DNA of 64,000 nucleotides, from contig JAJYDW010000005.1 of the NCBI GenBank assembly GCA_021790385.1, positions 6,294 to 70,293 on the forward strand. Direction: 5' to 3'. This document shows, one piece after another, positions 1 through 10,492 of this stretch; the first letter of the stretch is position 1, and the number at the start of each line of letters is the position of its first letter. Made by a program: the position numbers and the translations under genes. Origin of the DNA: Planctomycetota bacterium. GTDB taxonomy: Bacteria; Planctomycetota; Phycisphaerae; WQYP01. The notes under the pieces were generated by a model. It was not told where the DNA came from, made no database searches, and saw nothing but the letters and a program-made list of their open reading frames with translations.

Positions 1-936
1 GGTGGTGAGGCACTGCCCGGCCAGCAAGGTTTCAATCAGGCCGGCCGCCCCCAAGGTGTGGCCTATAAGTCCTTTAAGACCGGTAAGGGCCGGACGATGG
101 GCAAATAGCTCCCGCATGGCGGTGGCCTCCATCTGGTCGTTATAGCGTGTGCCGGTACCATGCAGAACCACGGCATCAATAGCCTGCGGATCAACGCCGG
201 CCATGCTCATGGCGTTGCGGATGGCCCGAATAAGTCCGCCCGCCGCACGATCCGGGGCGGTGCGGTGCATGGCATCTGCGGCTATTCCCCAACCGATCAC
301 CGAAACGGTGCGCAGGGGTGGCGTGCATGGGGCACACCGGCGCAGCAGGCACGCCGCCGCCGCCGAACCCAAGGCCAGGCCGTCACGATTTTTATCAAAC
401 GGACGGCAGGTGGTTTGGGTGAGCGCCTTAAGCGATTTAAACCCGTCACGGGTAAAACCGGTGATTGTATCCGCCGCCACCACAATCACTTCTGAAACCA
501 CACCGGATGCGATGAGTTCGCGGGCTTCAATGAGGGCCGTTAAACCGGAGGTGCAGGCAGTAGAGACCACATAACAAGGCCCACCCAGGCCCAACTCGCG
601 TCCCACGATGTTAAGCGAATCGGACATTAACTCCGGCAGTTGGCCAGCATTTTTCCCCTGCCGCAGGTTTGCCATCCACTCCTCAATATTGGCGATGTTT
701 CCCTTGGCCGTAGCCAGAATCAGGGCGCAATGCGGGGAATCGCGCACGTGGCCCAGGATCGGGAGAAGCGTGCTGGCCAGCAGATGATGCCAATTGGGAG
801 CAGCGGGCGGTGGAGTGGCATGGTGCTGCGGCCGGTGGCCTGTTTGCCAGATGTTCCACAGGGCGTTGATGGAGGGAAACTCCGGGGTAACCACTGCGCC
901 GGCTACGATTTCCATGGCATGGTCTGGCTTGGGCAT
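1..936 (-). CDS. Beta-ketoacyl-ACP synthase (FabF/KAS-II-like), 3' end runs off the window
   Basis: Not in the ORF track. Manual minus-strand translation is open from ATG 936 to position 1 and contains STACTSG (catalytic Cys), HGTGTRYND and KGLIGHTLGAAG. Confidence 0.85.
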   Translation of the reverse strand, partial: MPKPDHAMEIVAGAVVTPEFPSINALWNIWQTGHRPQHHATPPPAAPNWHHLLASTLLPILGHVRDSPHCALILATAKGNIANIEEWMANLRQGKNAGQLPELMSDSLNIVGRELGLGGPCYVVSTACTSGLTALIEARELIASGVVSEVIVVAADTITGFTRDGFKSLKALTQTTCRPFDKNRDGLALGSAAAACLLRRCAPCTPPLRTVSVIGWGIAADAMHRTAPDRAAGGLIRAIRNAMSMAGVDPQAIDAVVLHGTGTRYNDQMEATAMRELFAHRPALTGLKGLIGHTLGAAGLIETLLAGQCLTT

Positions 937-1217
937 TAATGCATCCTGACAGAATATCGGCCCACATCATCGATAAATCGGGGGCGAATACCTTCTTCGT
1001 TGTGGGGGCATGTCCCGCACGGTATTATCTGAATTTAGCACATTTGTGCATGGACTTTAAGTGTGCTGCCCTGCGGTGTCCGCCAAAGTCCGCAAGGTTT
1101 GGGGTGGTAGAGCGCGGGAGATGCCGGGAAATCCACACGTCGGCGAAGCGCTGCTGGCAAGCTATAAACCCGGATGATCAATAAGCAATAACATTGCGAT
1201 TAGAAAAGGTTGTGACC

Positions 1218-2027
1218 ATGCCATCGGCGCAGGAAATTCCACGGGATCGGCAAAATGCCAGGTTAACCTGGCGCATCCGCTGGCGCACAGCCCTGGTGTA
1301 CACGTGGTTCGGACTGTACCTGTTGGTACTTTCTGTGGTGCTGGGACCGCTGCTGTGGCTGGCAGGTGCAACTACGGATCCGCAGCGCCGTATGGCCCGC
1401 CGCTGGACCCGGGCCTTTTACCGTCATGGCATGCGCGGCTTTTGCCAATCTCGCATGGTGATTGAAAATCTCCCCGGCCAAACTATTCCGGAACCCTGCA
1501 TTGTGGTGGCCAACCATCAATCCGCCATCGACATTCTTTTGCTGTTTCAGCTTTCTCCGGATGCCCGATGCTGGGCCAAAGATTGGCCCTTCAAAAAGCC
1601 GTTGCTGGGTTGGCTGATGCGGCTTTGCGACCACCTGCACGTGGATGACCCCAACGTGCTCGAGCAGGCGGCGGAAAGTATCCGGCAAGGCGTGGGAATG
1701 TACGTGTTTCCGGAAGGTACCCGGTCGCGCAGCGGGCGGCTGGGACGGTTTCATGATGGAGCTTTTATACTGGCTGTGCAAACTGGAGCACCCATAGTGC
1801 CGGTGGCCATTTGCGGCAGCGGGCGTTGCATGACCCCCGGTTATGTGGCCATTATGGATGTGCCAATTACCGTGCGGCCGCTGGGCATTCTTTATCCCGA
1901 CCCTACGGTGCCTAAAGCCCATCTGGTTTTGAAGCGGCAAGCCCATAGCCTGATTGCCGCGGCGCTGAATGCAGATGCAGCCGCCTTGGCAGTAGAAGAC
2001 CATAAGAGTCAGGCTATAGCAAAGTAA
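1218..2027 (+). CDS. Lysophospholipid/1-acyl-sn-glycerol-3-phosphate acyltransferase (PlsC family)
   Basis: NHQSAID and FPEGTRS motifs; N-terminal TM helix. Confidence 0.85.
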   Translation: MPSAQEIPRDRQNARLTWRIRWRTALVYTWFGLYLLVLSVVLGPLLWLAGATTDPQRRMARRWTRAFYRHGMRGFCQSRMVIENLPGQTIPEPCIVVANHQSAIDILLLFQLSPDARCWAKDWPFKKPLLGWLMRLCDHLHVDDPNVLEQAAESIRQGVGMYVFPEGTRSRSGRLGRFHDGAFILAVQTGAPIVPVAICGSGRCMTPGYVAIMDVPITVRPLGILYPDPTVPKAHLVLKRQAHSLIAAALNADAAALAVEDHKSQAIAK

Positions 2028-2165
2028 AGGGCCAATCTAAAAGTCCATAGCAGCCGGCCGGCACCGATGACCAAAAATCGTTGCTTCCAGCCGATACAGT
2101 GCTGGAACGCCATGGTGAGAGGTTTATAATGGGGATGTGTTGACTGGCAGATTCGGCAGGATTTC

Positions 2166-2600
2166 ATGGAAAATTTAGCTCAATTCATTCCCCATAAACC
2201 TCCGATGCATTGGCTGGATCAGGCTTGGCTGGAAGAGGATGGCTCTATTGGTGCACGCTGGACCATACCGGATGACAACCTGGTAATTAACACATTGCTG
2301 CAGGCGAAGGTGCTTCCGCCAGGGGCGGTGCTGGAAGTACTGGCGCAAGCTGCCGCGTGCAAGGCCGGATTGTCTGCGAGCCAAAGTCGCGCACCGATTC
2401 CTGCCGGCCGTTTGGTAGCCATTGAAGACCTGTCGTTTGCGGGGCCCATTCGAGTGGGTGATACGTTAGAACTGCGGATAAGTGTAATACGGCAGTGGCA
2501 GAATCTGTTGAAATGCCGCCTGTTGGCCACAGTACGTGGAGAAGTAGCAGCCATGGGCGTGGCAACATTTGCCGTGGTGGTGCAGGGGCAATTTCCTTGA
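2166..2600 (+). CDS. Hot-dog fold 3-hydroxyacyl-ACP dehydratase (FabZ/ApeP-like)
   Basis: IPHKPPM and EVLAQAAA motifs; next to KS and acyltransferase. Confidence 0.75.
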   Translation: MENLAQFIPHKPPMHWLDQAWLEEDGSIGARWTIPDDNLVINTLLQAKVLPPGAVLEVLAQAAACKAGLSASQSRAPIPAGRLVAIEDLSFAGPIRVGDTLELRISVIRQWQNLLKCRLLATVRGEVAAMGVATFAVVVQGQFP

Positions 2601-2786
2601 CTGTAGCGCATAATTCGGTTAATGTTGATGTGTCGGCGTTTCTTGTTGTCGGAAAATGAGGTTGGTTTGGACCGTCCGCAAAAAATTTGCCAAGCGGGCC
2701 AGTCATTGGACTTCGTTAAAGACAAGCTATCCCGGCGTACGGGAAGGCCATTGTGCTATCATTTTTAACTTTTAAGGAGTAATCTT

Positions 2787-3269
2787 ATGGCAGCGAGTTC
2801 ATCCATCAACGGAAAAAGCCGCGAAGCTCAACATCTGACCAGCCTGGGCATTCTGCTGGTGCGGGTAGTTTTAGGAATTATTTTTATTTATTATGCCGGC
2901 CAACATGCATTTAGCTGGTTCGGCGGACGCGGAATTGGGGCCTTTGCCAATACACTGGCGCATGATCATTTTCCCGTGTTGCCGCCACTGGTGTGGGCCT
3001 GGATGTCTGCGACTGCAGAATTGATCGGGGCATCGCTGATTATTATTGGCCTTGTTTCCCGGTGGGCGGCGCTGTTGATGATTCTGGATATGTTCGGAGT
3101 ACTTTGGGCACATTGGGCCGAAGGCTTCGGCGGCACCGATTTCAATATCGCCCTGATCGCCATGGCTGGTCTGGTTCTAATTGCCGGACCGGGACAAATT
3201 GCCGTTGATCATCTGATTCGCCGTTCGCTTAGTCAACCGCAACCCACTGGTTCGGCCGCTACGGCTTGA
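2787..3269 (+). CDS. DoxX family membrane protein
   Basis: LLVRVVLG, AELIG, GPGQIAVD motifs; 4 TM helices; AAGGAG SD. Confidence 0.85.
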   Translation: MAASSSINGKSREAQHLTSLGILLVRVVLGIIFIYYAGQHAFSWFGGRGIGAFANTLAHDHFPVLPPLVWAWMSATAELIGASLIIIGLVSRWAALLMILDMFGVLWAHWAEGFGGTDFNIALIAMAGLVLIAGPGQIAVDHLIRRSLSQPQPTGSAATA

Positions 3270-3452
3270 AGGAATCAGGGCGGAAGTTAAGTCCGGTCAG
3301 GCAAGCGACAATATAGTCGTGCAAAAGCTTCAGGGCATCGAAAGCAGTGTGCGGGTGGTACATGGCCTGCATAAGTTGCGCAGAACAGGATTGGCATGCT
3401 GGATGTCGCGCGGACTTCCCGGCCAGGTCGCAAAAGTGTTCGCAAATTGGCC

Positions 3453-3890
3453 TTACTTCGGACCAAACGCATGCCGCAGGTAGTCAATCACTTCCCATCG
3501 CTGTTTGCGACTCAGGGAATCCTGAAAACTGGGCATAGGGCTTTTTCCATGGGTAATTTTCCAGAAAATGGCCCCGTCCGTTTGCTTCCAGAATTTAGCG
3601 GTAGTCAGATTGGCCGGATGCGGGCTTAAAAATGCTCCCGTCGGACCATCGCCTTTGGCGTTGGCACCATGGCAGGCTACGCAATTTTGGGTAAAGATAG
3701 ATTCGCCGGCGCTGATAGACTGGGCGTTTATTGGAATCGGATTTTTATGTCGGGATGCGGAATGTGGAGCCTTCCAATGGGAAAACATTTCCGGCTTGGG
3801 AAACATACTGGCGGTGGGCATGGCTCCCAGCGTCAACATGGCCGCACAAGCCGCTGCAATCAGAGGAATCTGGGAAGACTTGAAGGACAT
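3453..3890 (-). CDS. Exported monoheme cytochrome c
   Basis: Signal peptide, CVACH heme motif, axial Met in GKSPMPSF; GGAG SD before ATG 3890. Confidence 0.85.
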   Translation of the reverse strand: MSFKSSQIPLIAAACAAMLTLGAMPTASMFPKPEMFSHWKAPHSASRHKNPIPINAQSISAGESIFTQNCVACHGANAKGDGPTGAFLSPHPANLTTAKFWKQTDGAIFWKITHGKSPMPSFQDSLSRKQRWEVIDYLRHAFGPK

Positions 3891-3992
3891 AGGCGCAATC
3901 TCCATTAAAATTTTGACCTTGATGGTCCAAGCCGACGCCACAAACGAGTATCATATCGTCAAAGGAGAGATAAAATCAAGTAAGCGGATATG

Positions 3993-5426
3993 TTAGTCCG
4001 ATTTTCCGATTTTGGGGTGTGCCATGCCATGGGATGGTTGCACCGGAACCTGTTCTATCGGTGCGGCAATGATGGAGTCGATATCGGCGATACGTTGATC
4101 CTGATCAGATTGCAGATCGACCAGGGTCTCTTGAATTTGCAGCATGGTCTGGTCCAAGCCAAGCTGCTGATCGGCAGAAGCCCTGCCTTGCTGGTATGCG
4201 GCACGAGTCAGGGTGGACATCATCCGCCATCGCGGCAGAATATGTCGGCGAAAAAGCCGCAACTGGCGGTGATCATTGCGCAGAGCAATCAGATCGATAA
4301 GCAATCGGGCGGCTAGAATGTTAAATTGGCTGCGCCAGGCAGCGTGGGTAGCGCGAAGCTGGTACCGGGCCTGCCGGATGGAGGCGTTGATAGCGTGATA
4401 GCGCAGGGCCGGCAACACGAGTGCCCCGGTAAGATTTTGTACGGTGCCATCCAGCGACGTGGACAGGCCGATATCGAAATTGGGGATGTACTGCATTTTA
4501 GCACGGCGAATGCTGATGCGGTCCGCCACCGCCAGCTTGCCAAGGGCGTGGAGTTGCGGATTGCGACGCACGGCCAGGGCCAGAAGCTCGTGATTACTCA
4601 AGGCAGGTATCGGCACGATGGCAATGGTCTGTGGGGGCTTAAGCGGAGTATTGGCCGGTCGGCCCAGAAGCGAGTTCAGGGAAGAGAGTTGCCGCGGCAG
4701 TTGATGGGTAAGCTCCAGAATACGGCTGCGCAGCAGATCGAGGCGATTTTGTCCGGACAGCCATTGTTGCGGAGTAACTGTGCCGGTTGAAATTCCGGCC
4801 CGGTTCATGGCAACAATATTTTGCAACAAGGATAGGCGTTGCCGGAATAGTTGCAACGTCACTGCGGTGCGAGCGTAGTTGTACCAGGCATCCAGCACGT
4901 TGCGGCGCAACACAAAGCGACGGGACTGGAAGTTCCATCCGGCAGCGACAGCACGTAACAGTGCGGCTTTGGCATCGGCAGATAACTTGGACGGCCACTT
5001 TAGATCCGCACTGCCCATATTAGCCGCCCCAACGGTGGTGTTGGCCAGAGAAGCCCCCCCGCGGTTCAACAGGGTGCCTGCGTTAAGCATCAGCGTGGTG
5101 GTCTGGGTGCCCACCTGCGGAATATTTTCAATGGCCGCACGCCACTGCCAATAAGATTCCTGCACCTGCGGGTTATTGCGCAGCGCGTAACGCACCAGTT
5201 GACGAGGTGTGGCGTTCAATGGCAAAGGCGATGGATGGCGTTGGGCGTACGGCTGGGCAAAGGGCTTGCCGGCGACTTGCGCCTGGTGGCGAAGCTGGCT
5301 TTCACCTGGCGGATGTACTGTACAGCCCGCCAGGCTGATAAGGGCTGCCAACACCAACGTTGACCACCATGGGCATGATCTGCACCAATGGCGCAGGGTC
5401 TTGGTGCCAAGCGCAAGCACAATCAT
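3993..5426 (-). CDS. TolC/CusC-family outer membrane efflux lipoprotein
   Basis: Lipobox LAGC, two OEP-like helical repeats; 4-nt overlap with cusA. Confidence 0.8.
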   Translation of the reverse strand: MIVLALGTKTLRHWCRSCPWWSTLVLAALISLAGCTVHPPGESQLRHQAQVAGKPFAQPYAQRHPSPLPLNATPRQLVRYALRNNPQVQESYWQWRAAIENIPQVGTQTTTLMLNAGTLLNRGGASLANTTVGAANMGSADLKWPSKLSADAKAALLRAVAAGWNFQSRRFVLRRNVLDAWYNYARTAVTLQLFRQRLSLLQNIVAMNRAGISTGTVTPQQWLSGQNRLDLLRSRILELTHQLPRQLSSLNSLLGRPANTPLKPPQTIAIVPIPALSNHELLALAVRRNPQLHALGKLAVADRISIRRAKMQYIPNFDIGLSTSLDGTVQNLTGALVLPALRYHAINASIRQARYQLRATHAAWRSQFNILAARLLIDLIALRNDHRQLRLFRRHILPRWRMMSTLTRAAYQQGRASADQQLGLDQTMLQIQETLVDLQSDQDQRIADIDSIIAAPIEQVPVQPSHGMAHPKIGKSD

Positions 5427-8400
5427 ATATCAGCTCCTGTTTGAGGGTTATGTTCATGGACAACCGGGGTTGACGTGTTCCATTTTTTTTGCAGTTGCCA
5501 CCCCATGACGATGTAATACAAAGTCGGCAACACCAGCAGTTCCAGAATAAACGCGGTACCCAGGCCCCCGAACATGGGTGCCGCCAGGCGGCGCATTACC
5601 GAGCCACCGGCACCAGTGGCCCACAGCAGCGGGGTTAAGCCGATGATCGCCGCAGAGGCAGTCATGGCCTGCGGACGGATGCGGCGCACGGCCCCGGTAT
5701 AAACGGCCTCGAAGAGATCTGGTTTGTTTTCAAGCCGGCCGTCCTTCTGGGCCTGCTTCACGCTCCCATCCAGGTACAGCAGCAGCACCATGCCCATTTC
5801 GACGGCTAATCCACAAAGAGCGATAATGCCCACCCACACCGCGACCGAGAGATGGTAGTGCAGGAAATACAACGTCCATATCGCCCCCACCAGACCAAAG
5901 GGAATGGACAAGAGTACGCCGAGCACGCGGCCCACGCTGCCGGTGGATACCAGCAGCAGAATGAAAATAATCAGTAAAACCATGGGCACCACCAGTTCAA
6001 GGCGGGCGTTAGCCTCCTGGATCTGTTTGTACAAGCCGATCCATTGATACGTGTAGCCGGTGGGAAGTCGGACCCCGCGGCGGATGGCGGCGTTGGCCCG
6101 CTGGACATAGCCAACGGTATTGCCGGTGGTGGTGGTGATGTTGATGTAATTCACCGTCATGGCGTTCTGGCTGTCGATTTCAGGTGGTCCGGCGGCGTAA
6201 TGGATTTTGGCGATCATACCCAGGGTGATGGTACTGCCGTCAGGCGTGGCGATGGGAAGTTGGCGAAGCTGCGAGGCACTGCCGCGCAGCTTGCGAAAAT
6301 AGCGGATGTTTATGGGCAAACGCTGCAAACCCAGCACCATGGTGCTCACCGGATCGCCGCCAATGGCCATGGTGATGACACGCTGCACGTCGGCCTGGGT
6401 CAGGCCGTAGCGCATCGCCAGCAAGCGGTTGATATGAATATCCAGGTAGTAACCTCCCAGGGTCTGGTTGGCGATGGCGCTGCCGGTACCGTGGACGCCT
6501 TGCAGCACGCGGGCGATTTGGTTAGAGACCCGGCCCAGCATCTTGAGATTTTCGCCGAAGATGCGCATGCCCAGCAGGGTTTTGCTGCCGGTGTTGGCCA
6601 TGTTGACGCGGTTGGCGATGGGCATGGTCCAATAGGCGGCCAAGCCAGGAATCTGCAATGCTGCGTTAAGGCCCTGATGATGATGTCCGCGATCGTTGGT
6701 CCAGCCATGAAGGAGTTGCCGAAGAGTAAGCCGGGCATGTGCCGGCCAGAAGGTGTGCCGCAGCGGCCAGGCCAACCAGTGCGGCCAGCGGTCATAGAAC
6801 CGAGCCACCGGCACCATGGGCCATTGGGTCCGGCGTTTAAGGCGGATGATGGTATCAATCATATTCAGTGGAGCAGAATCGGTGGCGCTATCGGCCCGGC
6901 CGATCTGCCCCCATACGCTTTGCACCTCCGGAAAACTTTTGATGATTTTGTCACTTTGCTGGAGCACGTAACCAGCCTCGCCGATGCTGATACCGGGATA
7001 GGTGGTGGGCATATATTCCAGATCGCCTTCATACAATGGCGGCGTAAATTGCGTGCCCAGGCGGCTCCATGGCCAGTAAATGGAAACGCACAATGCCGCC
7101 ACCAGCACGAGCAGCAACCACCGCCAGGCCAGGGCCGCGTTAAACAGCGGATGAAAGGCCTTCTGCAGGCACCGGCTGACCAGATTGCGCTGCTGGGAGA
7201 CAATTTTCTGCGGCACCACCAGCATCACTGCCAGAACTACCCAGCCCAAGGCCAGCCAGCCCCGGTACCGTATCAATTCGCTGCTGTGACCGGCGGCGTC
7301 AGACAAGCCCATCGCAGGAATGATGATCAGGGCCAGTGCGGCGGGCCATTGCAGCCACCAAGGCCACTGTTTGGGGAATAACCGCGGGGTAATAAAATAG
7401 ATCATCAAAATCGGAACCACGGTGATGGAAAGTACCGCCGCAGCACCGATGGCGAACGTTTTGGTCAGAGCCAGCGGGCCAAACATTTTGCCGCTTTCAC
7501 CCGGTAAAATAAATATCGGCAAAAAACTGATGGTGATAATCAGCAGGCTGAAAAACAATGCCGGCCCCACTTCTCCGGCCGCCTCCAGCATGATCTGATC
7601 GCGGGGGCGGGGCGGTTGGCCGTCGGCCAGACGCTGCTGGTTACGGTTCAACTGCTGGTGGGCGTTTTCAATCATTACGATGGAACTATCCACCACCACG
7701 CCGATGGCAATGGCAATACCGCTAAGACTCATGATATTGGCACTGACTCCCAGCCACTCAAGAATCGCCAGGCTGATGACCATGCTGGCGGGAATAACGA
7801 GAATGGCCACCAGAGAGCTGCGTGCGTGCCATAAGAACAGCAGGCATACGGCCGCCACCACAATCATTTCCTCCAGCAGCGTGTCGGAAAGCGTATGAAT
7901 AGAACGGTTGATGAGGTTGTCGCGATCATAGCCGGTTTTAATCAATACGCCAGGAGGCAGGCTGGCGGCGATGGCGGCGAGTTTGTTTTTTACGCGTTGC
8001 ACCACACGATACGTATCGGCACCGGACCGCACCACCACAATGCCGCCGACAACCTGTCCGCGGCCGTTCCAATCTAAAATTCCCTGGCGTTGCCCGCTGG
8101 CAATTTGCACCGTGGCCACGGTATGCAGCAGAATCGGCGTGCCATCCTGGGCCTGACCCACGGGTACGTTGCGGAGTTGGGTGATATTCCGCAGGTAGCC
8201 CCGGCTGCGGACCAGGTACTGTAATTCACCAATGTTCACGGTGGCCCCGCCGACATCGTTGTTCGATTTCTGAATGGCGTCGGCCACCTGCTGTACACTC
8301 AGGTGATAAGCCTGGAGGCGGTTGGGATTCACCACCACCTGATATTCCTCGGAAAAGCCGCCAAGGTCCGCCACCTCGGCCACGCCACGTACTGAATCAA

Positions 8401-9064
8401 GCTGGTAACGCACGAACCAGTCCTGCACGGACCGCAACTGTCCGAGATTGATATTGCTGGAAACCAGGGGCCGGCCGGACAGCGGTGATTTACCGGGGTG
8501 GTCAAATGCCCGCACCAGCACCAACGTAGACCGGAGCGCAGCGGGTGCCTGATGGCGGTGGGCATACCATTGATGGGTGGTGGGATCTTGCCAGATTCCT
8601 CCGGGGTGATTTTTGCAGTACCAGCCAGGATACAGCACGTATTGATAGGCCCACCCCGCTCCGGTGGCATCCGGGCCAAGCTGCGGGGTTACGCCGTTGG
8701 GCAGCAATGCTTTGGCAGTGTTCAGGTACTCCAGCACTACGTTGCGGGCCCAATACAAATTGGTGCCGTTTTTAAAGACCACAGTTACCAGGGAATACTC
8801 GAACATGCTTTGGCCGCGCACGGCCTTCACATCGGGCACGTGAATAAGCTGGGTTTCCAGCGGATAGGTTACCTGTTTGTCCACCACGCCGGGCGTCTGA
8901 CCCTGGTAATTGGTAAGTACCAGCACCTGCACATCGGAAAGATCGGGCACGGCGTCGAGTTTGCTGTGAAAGGCGGCCCAGCCGGCCACGGCCATTACCC
9001 CCAGCGCTACCAGCAGCACCAGAAAGCGGTTATGGACAGAAAATTCTATGATTTTGCGTATCAT
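5423..9064 (-). CDS. cusA: CusA/SilA-type heavy-metal RND efflux pump (Cu/Ag)
   Basis: DAVPDLSDVQV, GPDATG, AIAIGVVVD, RIRP motifs; Met residues matching the CusA triad (YMPTT, PLNM, NRVNM). Confidence 0.9.
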   Translation of the reverse strand: MIRKIIEFSVHNRFLVLLVALGVMAVAGWAAFHSKLDAVPDLSDVQVLVLTNYQGQTPGVVDKQVTYPLETQLIHVPDVKAVRGQSMFEYSLVTVVFKNGTNLYWARNVVLEYLNTAKALLPNGVTPQLGPDATGAGWAYQYVLYPGWYCKNHPGGIWQDPTTHQWYAHRHQAPAALRSTLVLVRAFDHPGKSPLSGRPLVSSNINLGQLRSVQDWFVRYQLDSVRGVAEVADLGGFSEEYQVVVNPNRLQAYHLSVQQVADAIQKSNNDVGGATVNIGELQYLVRSRGYLRNITQLRNVPVGQAQDGTPILLHTVATVQIASGQRQGILDWNGRGQVVGGIVVVRSGADTYRVVQRVKNKLAAIAASLPPGVLIKTGYDRDNLINRSIHTLSDTLLEEMIVVAAVCLLFLWHARSSLVAILVIPASMVISLAILEWLGVSANIMSLSGIAIAIGVVVDSSIVMIENAHQQLNRNQQRLADGQPPRPRDQIMLEAAGEVGPALFFSLLIITISFLPIFILPGESGKMFGPLALTKTFAIGAAAVLSITVVPILMIYFITPRLFPKQWPWWLQWPAALALIIIPAMGLSDAAGHSSELIRYRGWLALGWVVLAVMLVVPQKIVSQQRNLVSRCLQKAFHPLFNAALAWRWLLLVLVAALCVSIYWPWSRLGTQFTPPLYEGDLEYMPTTYPGISIGEAGYVLQQSDKIIKSFPEVQSVWGQIGRADSATDSAPLNMIDTIIRLKRRTQWPMVPVARFYDRWPHWLAWPLRHTFWPAHARLTLRQLLHGWTNDRGHHHQGLNAALQIPGLAAYWTMPIANRVNMANTGSKTLLGMRIFGENLKMLGRVSNQIARVLQGVHGTGSAIANQTLGGYYLDIHINRLLAMRYGLTQADVQRVITMAIGGDPVSTMVLGLQRLPINIRYFRKLRGSASQLRQLPIATPDGSTITLGMIAKIHYAAGPPEIDSQNAMTVNYINITTTTGNTVGYVQRANAAIRRGVRLPTGYTYQWIGLYKQIQEANARLELVVPMVLLIIFILLLVSTGSVGRVLGVLLSIPFGLVGAIWTLYFLHYHLSVAVWVGIIALCGLAVEMGMVLLLYLDGSVKQAQKDGRLENKPDLFEAVYTGAVRRIRPQAMTASAAIIGLTPLLWATGAGGSVMRRLAAPMFGGLGTAFILELLVLPTLYYIVMGWQLQKKWNTSTPVVHEHNPQTGADI

Positions 9065-10398
9065 GGCATGGCCTTTCGTTTTGGTGATGGCCGGGGCGTA
9101 AAACGGGCCTTGATCTGATTGAGTTGCGATTCCACGTCGATCAGGAATTGGCCGCTGGTAACGACTTTTTGGCCCGGTGTCAGGCCGGAAATAACCTGCA
9201 CCAAACCACGAGCACCGCGTAAGCCTGTCTGAACCCTTACCGGATCAAAATGACCGGGCGATACTTCCACAAAAGTCAGTTTGCCGGTGCCGGTGTTAAG
9301 CACCGCTTGGCGCGGAATCAGCACACAACGCAAAACCGGAGTGGTATGAATATCCGCAAGGGCGTACATGCCGGGACGAAGCCGGCCGGAGCGGTTATCC
9401 AGCATGATGCGGACGGTGGTGTTATGAGACTGCGGGTTCTCATACGGATCGATGAAAATGATTTTTCCGGTAAAGGCGCGTCCGGGCAGCGCCTGGAACG
9501 CGGCTGTTACGCGCTGCCCCTTGCGAATCCAGGGTAATTGATTGTCGAACACCTGTACATTGAGCCACAAAGTGCCAATATTATCGATGCGCATGGCGGT
9601 GGTGCCGGCTTTGAGGAAAGATTTCTGCCAGACCTGCACATGGGTGAGGGTACCGCCGACCGGGCTGTAAAAGGTGATGTAGGTACGGGCATGCAGTTTT
9701 TTTTCGATTTGTCTGATTTGTGCGCCGCTGACCCCCAGAAATTTTATTCGATGTTCAATGGATTGCAGGAGGCTCTCCGCGTCGCGGTGGGCACCGGCAG
9801 CGCCGGATTTAGGCAAGGCGAGCATTGCTTGACGCGCCGCAATAAGCTCGTTCTCGGCGGTTACGATAGCCGGGCTGTAAAGCGTAAAAAGCTTTTGGCC
9901 TTTGGTAACGGCAGTGCCGTTGGTGGAGGCATAAAGCATGCCAATCCAGCCACTGGTGCGAAGATTGACGCTGAATCGGTACGGGGCGGCGGCCTGCAGA
10001 TAGCCGACGGTGCGGAGCGTTTTGCGGAGCGGCCCCACCGTTACTTTGGCGGTTTGAATACCCATATCCTGCACCATAGTCGGATCGACGCGGACCTGCC
10101 CAGCCGGGGCTGGTTGGCCGGTGGAGGCGTAAACGGGAACTAATTTCATGCCCATGGAACTGATGCCGGGCTGGTTGGAAATGGACGACGGCCCTACCAT
10201 GGGGTCCCACCAATAAAGTATTTTCCGTTTGGAATTGCGGGGTGCGACTGCCGCCGGCTTGTGGCCGGCAACCGCAGCGGCGGTTTTTAATCTGATCCAT
10301 CGACCGATGGAACGATGATTCCACGCCCCAACAGCCAGACCTATCAGCAGGCTCAGAACTATTGCGGCAATCAAGAGCAGTGTTTTGAGAATTTTCAT
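9061..10398 (-). CDS. cusB: CusB-type efflux periplasmic adaptor (membrane fusion protein)
   Basis: KILYWWDPM...SMGMKLVPVY N-terminal Met motif, LRPGMYA, C-terminal GQFLIDVES. Confidence 0.9.
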   Translation of the reverse strand: MKILKTLLLIAAIVLSLLIGLAVGAWNHRSIGRWIRLKTAAAVAGHKPAAVAPRNSKRKILYWWDPMVGPSSISNQPGISSMGMKLVPVYASTGQPAPAGQVRVDPTMVQDMGIQTAKVTVGPLRKTLRTVGYLQAAAPYRFSVNLRTSGWIGMLYASTNGTAVTKGQKLFTLYSPAIVTAENELIAARQAMLALPKSGAAGAHRDAESLLQSIEHRIKFLGVSGAQIRQIEKKLHARTYITFYSPVGGTLTHVQVWQKSFLKAGTTAMRIDNIGTLWLNVQVFDNQLPWIRKGQRVTAAFQALPGRAFTGKIIFIDPYENPQSHNTTVRIMLDNRSGRLRPGMYALADIHTTPVLRCVLIPRQAVLNTGTGKLTFVEVSPGHFDPVRVQTGLRGARGLVQVISGLTPGQKVVTSGQFLIDVESQLNQIKARFTPRPSPKRKAMP

Positions 10399-10492
10399 GG
10401 CATCCTCTGTTGTGATGAGGGCAAATGGTGTGCGTCAACAGCGACACCCGGTGCCACAGTGGCGTATAGAACAGAATGTTATATCGAAATGT

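Noticed and set aside
6044-7381. 445-aa plus-strand ORF and similar long antisense ORFs (42597-43814, 48591-49517, 61199-62320)
   Set aside because: Shadow frames of well-supported genes in GC-rich DNA; no recognisable motifs.
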